From: Patescibacteria group bacterium
GTDB lineage: Bacteria > Patescibacteriota > Patescibacteriia > Patescibacteriales > JBAZCA01
Reading direction: 5' to 3'
Length of the DNA: 64,000 nucleotides
Assembly: GCA_041671125.1 (NCBI GenBank)
Contig: JBAZCA010000002.1
Location: 137,529-201,528 of the forward strand
The notes beneath the pieces are model-generated. The model was not told the origin of the DNA. It saw only the letters and a program-made list of their open reading frames with translations, and made no database searches. This document shows positions 50,845-58,030 of the stretch, piece by piece (the first letter of the stretch is position 1; every line of letters begins with the position of its first letter). The position numbers were made by a program, and so were the translations under genes.

Positions 50845-52635
50845 ATGCATAAGTTGATTACCATAACCATAAACAATAAAAAAATAAAATGCTCCCCGGA
50901 GGAAACCATATTTAAAATTGCCAAAGATAACGGGATAGAAATACCCGGGCTTTGCGGCCATCCGGATTTTCCGCCTAAAGCTAATTGCCGGGTCTGCGTT
51001 GTTGAAATTAAAGGAAGAAGCAAACTCGTCACTTCCTGTTCGGAAAAACCGGAAGCCGGCATGATAATATCAACGGAAAGCGAACGGGTAAAAAAATCCC
51101 GCAACCTTAATCTGGAGCTTATATTCGCCGAACATATTGAAAAGTGCCCGACCTGCGCCATCAATAGCAGTTGCCGGCTTCTTTATTATGCCGAAAAATA
51201 TAAGATTAACGTCCGGCGCTTCGGGGAACGGAAGACAAAAAGAAAAACTTATAAATTCGCCAATGCCGTGGAAATTGACGGCTCGCAATGCATTGACTGC
51301 CGCAATTGCGTTGATGCCTGTTCCATTCTCCAGAAAATTAATTACCTTGAAATCGCGGGAAAGGGAATAAATCAGGAAATCGTCCCGTCAAAAGATCCGG
51401 AAACCGACTGCATCTACTGCGGGCAATGCGCCCTCCATTGTCCGGTAAATTCCGCGGCCGAGCAGACCGAATGGCCGGAAGTGGAAAAATTGCTCCAGGA
51501 CAAAGGCGATAAAACTATCGTTGCCATGTTCGCGCCTTCAATCCGGGTAAGTATCGGCGAAGAATTCGGCCTGCCTTACGGCAAAGTGGTTACCGGCCAG
51601 CTTACTGCCAGCTTAAAAAGGCTGGGATTTGACTACGTTTTTGACGTGATTTTCGGAGCGGATATTACCACGGTAGTAGAGGCAAACGAACTTATTAACA
51701 GATTAAAAGCCAAAAAACAAGCCGATATCAATAAATCGTCAATCGTCAATCGTCAATCGTCAATTCCCAGTCTGCCAATGATTACTTCCTGCTGTCCAGG
51801 CTGGGTAAAATACGCGGAATTCTACCATCCCGAACTTCTGCCGAATTTAACGACGGCTCGCTCGCCTCATGTCCATCTTGGCGGCGCGATAAAAACTCAC
51901 TGGGCGGAAAAATCCGGCCTTGACCCGAAAAAAATTGTTACGGTTTCCATTATGCCCTGCACGGCGAAAAAATTTGAAGCCATAAGAAAAGAGTTGGCGA
52001 TTGGCGGCCAAAGGCCGGTTGACCACGTCCTTACTACGCGCGAATTCGCTTTTCTTTTGAAAAAAAATAATATTAACCTGGGAAAATTAAAACCGGAAAG
52101 CTCCGACAACCCCGCTCTAGCCGGTAAAAACAGCGCCAACGCGGGAGCGGAGCAGTCGGACGGGGCCGGTTCCATATACGGGGCTTCGGGCGGAGTAATG
52201 GAGTCGGCTTTGCGGACTGCCGCCTCCCTTATATGCAAAGACGATAAAGTTTGCGATAATAGAATTGACTTTAAGGAAGTCCGCGGCATGGAGGGAGTAA
52301 AAGAAGCCAAGGTGGTAATCGGAGGCCGTGAATTAAGAATTGCCGTGGTTAACGGCATCGGCCATGTCGGTTCAGTGATAAAAAAACTTAACAATTACGA
52401 TTACATAGAAGTCATGGCCTGCCCGGGCGGCTGTATCGGCGGCGGCGGCCAGCCTATCCCAACCACTCCGGAAATCCGCAAAAAACGGGCCGAAGCTCTC
52501 TATAAAATTGATAAAAACGCGCGCCTAAGAAAGGCTCATGAAAATAAGGGGGTAATGGAAATTCTAGAATGGCTTAAGGATAAGGGCAAGCTGGAATCGC
52601 AGGTATTGCACACGAAATATATTAAGCGCTCGTAA
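50845..52635 (+). CDS. hydA: [FeFe]-hydrogenase catalytic subunit (2Fe-2S + 4Fe-4S N-terminal domains + H-cluster domain)
   Basis: H-cluster motifs TSCCPGW, MPCTAKKFE and EVMACPGGCIGGGGQP. N-terminal NuoG-like 2Fe-2S domain and CIDCRNCVDAC / CIYCGQCALHCP ferredoxin motifs. Confidence 0.9.
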   Translation: MHKLITITINNKKIKCSPEETIFKIAKDNGIEIPGLCGHPDFPPKANCRVCVVEIKGRSKLVTSCSEKPEAGMIISTESERVKKSRNLNLELIFAEHIEKCPTCAINSSCRLLYYAEKYKINVRRFGERKTKRKTYKFANAVEIDGSQCIDCRNCVDACSILQKINYLEIAGKGINQEIVPSKDPETDCIYCGQCALHCPVNSAAEQTEWPEVEKLLQDKGDKTIVAMFAPSIRVSIGEEFGLPYGKVVTGQLTASLKRLGFDYVFDVIFGADITTVVEANELINRLKAKKQADINKSSIVNRQSSIPSLPMITSCCPGWVKYAEFYHPELLPNLTTARSPHVHLGGAIKTHWAEKSGLDPKKIVTVSIMPCTAKKFEAIRKELAIGGQRPVDHVLTTREFAFLLKKNNINLGKLKPESSDNPALAGKNSANAGAEQSDGAGSIYGASGGVMESALRTAASLICKDDKVCDNRIDFKEVRGMEGVKEAKVVIGGRELRIAVVNGIGHVGSVIKKLNNYDYIEVMACPGGCIGGGGQPIPTTPEIRKKRAEALYKIDKNARLRKAHENKGVMEILEWLKDKGKLESQVLHTKYIKRS

Positions 52636-52638
52636 ATT

Positions 52639-52756
52639 GTCATTCTGAGCCGAAGGCGAAGAATCTGCATATGCGAATTTATTAAGGTTGCAGATCCCCG
52701 CCCGACTGAACGTCGTTCGGGCAGGCTTCGCTCCACTGCGTTCCGCTCAGGATGAC
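52639..52756. repeat. Inverted-repeat element (118 bp)
   Basis: GTCATTCTGAGCCGAAGGCGAAGAATC...AGATCCCCGCCCGACTGAACGTCGTTCGGGC...CTCAGGATGAC. It shares an identical 31-nt block with the 16413 copy. Confidence 0.85.
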
Positions 52757-52813
52757 AAAAAAGTGCTTTTAATCTATCCTGAATTTTTTAGTAATTCATT
52801 AACATAATATTAT

Positions 52814-53083
52814 ATGCCAAAAGAATATATCGCGGCCCTAAATATCCTCGTCAACGACAGGGAAGTGAACGCCCCGGAAATAAACGAAATTATTACGAAA
52901 AACGGGCGCCTGGTGCTGGCGCGGCTCGGCATGCATTTAAGCCGGAAATGCGTTAAAAACTGCTCCGGACTGATAACTTTAATAGTGGAGGGAGAAAAAA
53001 AAGAACTGGAGAAATTAGCCAAAGATTTTTCAAAATATAAATTCACGGTAGTAAAACTTTGTTTTATCTCGGAAGTTAAATAA
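52814..53083 (+). CDS. TM1266-like putative iron-only hydrogenase system regulator (ACT/NikR-C-like)
   Basis: ALNILVNDREVNAPEINEIITKNGRLVLARLGM...GLITLIVEGEKKELEKLAKDFSKYKFTVVKL parallels the TM1266 family layout as recalled from memory. Its position next to hydA supports the call. Confidence 0.6.
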   Translation: MPKEYIAALNILVNDREVNAPEINEIITKNGRLVLARLGMHLSRKCVKNCSGLITLIVEGEKKELEKLAKDFSKYKFTVVKLCFISEVK

Positions 53084-53166
53084 AATCTCCCAAGATTCAT
53101 AGGTGGGAAGGCAGGTGGCATCAGTTTTCCATAATTCATAATTTATTATTCATAATTCATTTTCTT

Positions 53167-53703
53167 ATGAACTACTTAAAAGAAACTGTTTTGGCCAGGG
53201 TTGACGCCCGGGCCATAACCCAATTTCTTATTTTAGGCTCAATCGCGACATTCCTGCCGTTTTTTATCCACGCCCAATTTTTAACCGGACCGATAGTTAA
53301 CGCGATTCTGATTATCACGTTGTTCCTGGTCGGAATCCGGAGCGCGATTACGCTCGCCCTAATCCCGAGCCTTATGGCTCTATCCGGCGGACTCTTGCCG
53401 GCGGTTCTCGCCCCGGTCGTTCCGTTTATTATGATTAGTAATTGCCTCTTAATTTTTACCATGGAATACCTGTACAAAAAATTTGAACAGGGTAAAAACG
53501 GATTCTGGTTAAGCCTTGTCGCCGGCGCCGGACTAAAATGGATTTTCCTACTTTCTACCACCGGACTGATTTCAAAACTTCTTTTAAAGCAGGAGCTGGC
53601 CGTTAAGGTGGCGCAGATGATGAGCTGGCCGCAATTCGCGACCGCCATAATCGGCGGAATAATCGCTTACGGAATCTTAAAGCCGCTGAAGGCAATAAAG
53701 TGA
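53167..53703 (+). CDS. Polytopic membrane protein of unknown function (possibly ECF S-component-like)
   Basis: Five to six hydrophobic helices and an intact ORF. The family assignment is tentative. Confidence 0.4.
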   Translation: MNYLKETVLARVDARAITQFLILGSIATFLPFFIHAQFLTGPIVNAILIITLFLVGIRSAITLALIPSLMALSGGLLPAVLAPVVPFIMISNCLLIFTMEYLYKKFEQGKNGFWLSLVAGAGLKWIFLLSTTGLISKLLLKQELAVKVAQMMSWPQFATAIIGGIIAYGILKPLKAIK

Positions 53704-53718
53704 TTTGCGGGTGAGCAA

Positions 53719-53745
53719 ATCATCCCGAAGCGTTAGCGAGGGATC
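53719..53745. repeat. Degenerate solo left arm of the inverted-repeat element
   Basis: ATCATCCCGAAGCGTTAGCGAGGGATC compared with GTCATCCTGAGCGTAGCGAAGGATC. No matching right arm. Confidence 0.4.
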
Positions 53746-53751
53746 TGGTTT

Positions 53752-53786
53752 AACACCGAATTTCGCTTAAATTCGGTGTTTTTTTG
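53752..53786 (+). terminator. Rho-independent terminator
   Basis: AACACCGAATTT / AAATTCGGTGTT 12-bp stem, 5-nt loop, then a T-run. Confidence 0.8.
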
Positions 53787-53818
53787 ACTTAAAACCTTAA
53801 GTTCTATATAATTACAGC

Positions 53819-55309
53819 ATGGAAATACCTCAATACATTAAGGAAATACTGACGAACCTGGAAAAAGCCGGTTATGAAGCTTTTATCGTGGGCGGCTGTG
53901 TGCGGGATTTACTGATGGAAAAAAAACCGAAAGATTGGGATATAACGACTAATGCCCGACCGGAAGAAATTTTAAAAGTTTTCCCTAACGGAAAATATGA
54001 AAACATTTTCGGCACCGTGCTTATCCCGGTAAAAAATGAAGGTGGGGAAGTGCTGGATGTCGTGGAAACGACTACCTATCGGAGCGAACAAGGCTACTCT
54101 GACCGCCGCCATCCGGATGAGATTACCTTTGAAACCCGGCTGGATAAGGATCTGGAGCGCCGTGATTTTACTATCAACGCGATGGCCATGTCAATTGACA
54201 ATTGTCAATTGACAATTGTCAATTCCAAAAAATACTGCGAAAAAATTAATGATTATTTTTTAATTGACCTGTTCGGCGGCCGGAAGGATATGAAAGACAA
54301 AGTTATCCGGGCCGTCGGCGAGCCGGCTGACCGTTTTAAAGAAGACGCCTTGCGCATGATGCGAACCGTCAGGTTTTTCTCCGAGCTCGGGTTTGAGATT
54401 GAGCCGAAAACCGAGCGGGCGATTACTAAACTAGCCGGCTCTATTAAGTTTGTTTCCAAAGAAAGGATTCGGGACGAGCTCGTCCGGATGCTTAGCTCAG
54501 ACCGGCCGTACGAAGCCGTCATAAAACTCCATGAATTAAAACTGCTCCAATATATTATCCCCGAGCTGGAAAAGGGGATCGGAGTAGCTCAGGACCGGCA
54601 CCATATCCACACGGTTTTTAAACACTCTGTCCTTGCCCTGAAATTCTGCCCCTCCAAAGACTGGCGCGTCCGGCTGGCCGCCCTTTTACATGATATTGCC
54701 AAACCTGATACCAAAAGGATGGACAAAGGCCACGCTACTTTTTATAACCACGACATTCTCGGCGCCAAATACGCGAAAAAAATCGCCCAAAGGCTAAAAT
54801 TGTCTGTTGCTGATTCGGAAAAAGTCGCCACCCTGGTTAGAAACCACATGTTTTATTATAATGTTGATGAAGTGACGGCCGCCTCGGTCCGGCGGCTGAT
54901 AAAAAAAGTCGGGGAAGAAAACTTAAAAGACCTGATTGATTTAAGGATCGCCGACCGGCTCGGTTCCGGCGTCCCCAAAGCCAAACCCTATAAGCTCCGA
55001 CACCTGGAATACATGATGAAAAAAGTCCGAAAAGATCCGCTCTCGGTAAAAATGCTAAAAATCAGCGGAAATGATATAATGAAAATACTGAATACTCGGC
55101 CGGGCCCGAAAATCGGCGCCATGCTTGACGTACTTTTGGCTGAGGTGATTGAAGATCCGGAACTAAACGTAAAAGTTAAACTGGAAAAAAGGGCGAGAGA
55201 GCTGGATAGTTTTGGCCTGGACGAGCTAAGAGAAAAAGCTAGGGAAAAAATTGATGAAAAAAAAGAGGAAGAAGACAATGAATTAAAAAAAGAATTTTGG
55301 GTAAAATAG
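53819..55309 (+). CDS. cca: CCA-adding tRNA nucleotidyltransferase with C-terminal HD domain
   Basis: GGCVRDLLMEKKPKDWDITT, RDFTINAMA, RAVGEP..RF.ED.LRMMR, HD motif LLHDIAKP. Contains a palindromic in-frame insertion. Confidence 0.9.
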   Translation: MEIPQYIKEILTNLEKAGYEAFIVGGCVRDLLMEKKPKDWDITTNARPEEILKVFPNGKYENIFGTVLIPVKNEGGEVLDVVETTTYRSEQGYSDRRHPDEITFETRLDKDLERRDFTINAMAMSIDNCQLTIVNSKKYCEKINDYFLIDLFGGRKDMKDKVIRAVGEPADRFKEDALRMMRTVRFFSELGFEIEPKTERAITKLAGSIKFVSKERIRDELVRMLSSDRPYEAVIKLHELKLLQYIIPELEKGIGVAQDRHHIHTVFKHSVLALKFCPSKDWRVRLAALLHDIAKPDTKRMDKGHATFYNHDILGAKYAKKIAQRLKLSVADSEKVATLVRNHMFYYNVDEVTAASVRRLIKKVGEENLKDLIDLRIADRLGSGVPKAKPYKLRHLEYMMKKVRKDPLSVKMLKISGNDIMKILNTRPGPKIGAMLDVLLAEVIEDPELNVKVKLEKRARELDSFGLDELREKAREKIDEKKEEEDNELKKEFWVK

Positions 55310-55338
55310 TTAGTATCTATAGAATTAATCAAATAATT

Positions 55339-56079
55339 ATGAAAATTCTAATCTTAATTATAACGGCACTGGCCCTTACCGGCTGCAGCGCGAAAAAAAA
55401 TATGACTATTGACGAAAAAAACGCGACCGGCAAAGTTCCGGCTTATGACGGCTCGGACGCGGTACAGCGGATTAATGACTTAAAAAACGGCCTCACGCCT
55501 AAAGTTAAGCCGACCGGCAAAAAATCAGAAGAGACAGGGGAAGGGGCAGCCGACCAAAACGAGGATCAGAAGCAGGTTCAGATGGAAGATCTTGTATCGC
55601 AATATGGCAAAGCGACAATAAAAACCAATCTTGGCGACATTAAAGTTGAATTTTATAAAGCTGAATCGCCGGTTACAGTCAATGTTTTCATGAATCTCGC
55701 GAAAACCGGCTTTTATGAAGGCGTAAAATTTCACCGGATAATAAAAGATTTTATGATCCAGGGAGGCGATCCGCTTTCAAAAGACGACGATCCGTCTAAT
55801 GACGGGCAAGGAGGCCCGGGCTTTAAGTTCCAGGACGAGATAAATTCCCATAAGCTGGTTCATGGATCGCTAGCCATGGCCAACTCCGGCCCCAATACTA
55901 ACGGCTCACAGTTTTTTCTCGTAACCGCCAAGGAGACTCCCTGGCTGGACGGCAAACATACAAACTTCGGGCGGGTTATTGAAGGCTTGGATGTGATGGA
56001 AAAAATCGGAAATCTGGCGACCGACGAGACTGACCATCCTTTGGAAACGGTGGTTATTGAAAAAGTTGAACTGGAATAA
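55339..56079 (+). CDS. Cyclophilin-type peptidyl-prolyl isomerase, lipoprotein
   Basis: Lipobox LALTGC. FHRIIKDFMIQGGDP...SLAMANSGPNTNGSQFF. Confidence 0.9.
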   Translation: MKILILIITALALTGCSAKKNMTIDEKNATGKVPAYDGSDAVQRINDLKNGLTPKVKPTGKKSEETGEGAADQNEDQKQVQMEDLVSQYGKATIKTNLGDIKVEFYKAESPVTVNVFMNLAKTGFYEGVKFHRIIKDFMIQGGDPLSKDDDPSNDGQGGPGFKFQDEINSHKLVHGSLAMANSGPNTNGSQFFLVTAKETPWLDGKHTNFGRVIEGLDVMEKIGNLATDETDHPLETVVIEKVELE

Positions 56080-56147
56080 TAATCAGTTAACCGTTGTTTA
56101 GGACTGATTATATTGTGCCGAATGCGGCGGTCACTATTCAAAAATAT

Positions 56148-56915
56148 ATGAAAACCATTCTAAAATTCGCGCTTAGCATTTACCTTAAAGCCATGGCTCG
56201 GCTGGCGCTTTTAATCCATCGACCGAAAATAATCGTGGTTGCCGGTTCAGCCAACAAAATTTTTATTAAAGAGCGGATCGCGCTGGAGCTTTCTTTGGCC
56301 GGAAAAACCGTTAAAGCGGCGCCGAGGAGCTTTAATACCGAAATCGGCCTACCGGTTGCCATCCTCTCACTGCCTTCGGGCTACGGCTCGTACCAGGCCT
56401 GGCTGCCCATAATTTTAAGGGCTCCGCTGGCGGCGATAAAAAACCGCTTGCCAGATTTTTTAGTCCTTGAATTCGGCATCTCAAAGCCGGGAGACATGAA
56501 ATTTCTCCTGTCCATAGTCAAGCCGGACGTCGCGGTCATTTCCGACATCACCCAGCGGTACATGGATAATTTCAGTTCAGTGGAAAAACTGCTGGATGAA
56601 TACCGCCGACTTTTAAAAAACATTAAAAAAGGTGGAACAGCTATTCTTAATTCGGATAACGAAAAGGTAAAAAACCTCGGAGCCGGGAGGTTCGCGGCAA
56701 AAAAGATATTTTTTGGCTTCAACGACGGGGCAGATTGGCGGATTATGGAATCATCCAGCCGCCTTGAGAAACAGACCGCGAAAATTTTAGCCGGGGATGT
56801 TGAAATGACCTGCGAAATAGGAAGGCCTGGCCGGCACCAGCTTTACGCGCTTTTGGCCGGAAAAATCATCGGTAAAATTTATGGCGCAAAAATGGGGAAG
56901 AGCGAGAAAAAATAA
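56148..56915 (+). CDS. MurF-like Mur-ligase central-domain protein with degenerate P-loop, lacking N- and C-terminal domains
   Basis: IIVVAGSANKIFIKE (compare GSNGKTTTKE), SFNTEIGLPVAIL, LEFGISKPGDMKFLLSIVKPDVAVISDIT, AILNSDNEKV. About 255 aa only. Confidence 0.55.
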   Translation: MKTILKFALSIYLKAMARLALLIHRPKIIVVAGSANKIFIKERIALELSLAGKTVKAAPRSFNTEIGLPVAILSLPSGYGSYQAWLPIILRAPLAAIKNRLPDFLVLEFGISKPGDMKFLLSIVKPDVAVISDITQRYMDNFSSVEKLLDEYRRLLKNIKKGGTAILNSDNEKVKNLGAGRFAAKKIFFGFNDGADWRIMESSSRLEKQTAKILAGDVEMTCEIGRPGRHQLYALLAGKIIGKIYGAKMGKSEKK

Positions 56916-57741
56916 TTATCACCCTGAAGAACGCGGGAGAAGGAGGGGCAATCCTCTTTTTAACCGCGCCAAGAAGGAAAGCCGGTTTTCGGCTAGATTC
57001 AAGCTCATAGCGCTGGCCGCGGCGGGCGTAATTTCAGGCATAGTCTGGCTTTTGTTTTTTTCCCGTTTTTTCCTAATCGCCGGACCGGAAATCTCCGGAA
57101 CGAACGAAACGACTAAGCGGGAAATCGCGGAAAAATTTTCTGAACAATCCGGAAAAAGCCGCTGGATATTTTTTCGGCAAAATAATCTTTTTATTTTTGA
57201 TAAATCCGGTTTTATTTCCCGCTTAAACAATGATTATATCTTTCAAAAGCTGGAAATAAAAAAAAGACTTCTAAACCGCCTGATAATTAATTTTGAGGAA
57301 AAAGAAAATTCTTTTGTTCTAAGGGAAGGGGATAAGTTTTATTATATTGACGACGCCGGACGGATATTAAAAGAAGCTGACCCGCTAAGCATCAGCACTA
57401 GCCGCCTGGCGGTCGTTGAAAACCAGACCGCTCCCCTGGCCGGGGAAAAAACCGTGGATCGCGAAGCAAAAAGGGTCGCGTATGTCCGCTCCCTTTATGA
57501 AGCTCTAAAAGAACCGGGGGACAAAGCTTTCGTAGCGGAGCGGTTTATTATTGACAGCGACCTCCATACCGTAAAGCTTAAAGTAGCCTCATCCGGTCCG
57601 GAAATATTATTTAATACCGAAAGCACGCCCGAGAGCCAGCTTGACCGCCTCTACATACTGATTAAGGACAAACTCGGGGAAGAGTACCTGAAAAAAAGAT
57701 ATATTGACCTCCGTTTCGGAGAATTAATTTATTATCAATAA
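56881..57741 (+). CDS. ftsQ: FtsQ/DivIB-like cell-division protein (POTRA domain)
   Basis: Basic N-tail, one TM helix, then a POTRA-like segment (I.G....T..EI.......G.....F......I...L). Sits in a dcw-type position after a Mur-ligase-like gene. Confidence 0.55.
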   Translation: MAQKWGRARKNNYHPEERGRRRGNPLFNRAKKESRFSARFKLIALAAAGVISGIVWLLFFSRFFLIAGPEISGTNETTKREIAEKFSEQSGKSRWIFFRQNNLFIFDKSGFISRLNNDYIFQKLEIKKRLLNRLIINFEEKENSFVLREGDKFYYIDDAGRILKEADPLSISTSRLAVVENQTAPLAGEKTVDREAKRVAYVRSLYEALKEPGDKAFVAERFIIDSDLHTVKLKVASSGPEILFNTESTPESQLDRLYILIKDKLGEEYLKKRYIDLRFGELIYYQ

Positions 57742-57769
57742 TCCCGAGGACTTGGGATAAAATTATTTT

Positions 57770-57922
57770 ATGGAGAAACTTTTTAAATTTTTATTTTATC
57801 TGGCAATCGTAATTTTCATCCTGCTTATTATCGGGGTATTCCTTTTAATCATCAAGATCCTTTTTATATTTTTTCCCGGAATAAGTTTCTTCGGAATTAA
57901 TTTCACCCCGGCCGGGTCATAG
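57770..57922 (+). CDS. Possible 50-aa hydrophobic peptide (below the ORF-track cutoff)
   Basis: MEKLFKFLFYLAIVIFILLIIGVFLLIIKILFIFFPGISFFGINFTPAGS fills the ftsQ-xer gap. One long TM stretch. Confidence 0.3.
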   Translation: MEKLFKFLFYLAIVIFILLIIGVFLLIIKILFIFFPGISFFGINFTPAGS

Positions 57923-57985
57923 AGATAGTTAGCGGAAGAGGAGGGAAACGACCATAAGCGCGGGGCTATTTTCAAACCTGACTTA

Positions 57986-58013
57986 ATGTCTCATAATATA
58001 TGTTAATAGACAC
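57986..58013. other. Candidate Xer recombination (dif-like) site
   Basis: ATGTCTCATAA-TATATG-TTAATAGACAC has 11-6-11 architecture. The arms match in 8 of 11 positions as inverted repeats, and the inner CATAA/TTA(T/A) resembles dif cores. Lies 18 nt upstream of the xer gene. Confidence 0.3.
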
Positions 58014-58030
58014 TATATACACTCAAAACC

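Noticed and set aside
13018-53745. Possibility that the recurring ~30-nt arms represent a CRISPR array
   Set aside because: The copies are inverted rather than direct repeats and are scattered kilobases apart at gene ends with no regular spacer periodicity. No cas genes are present.
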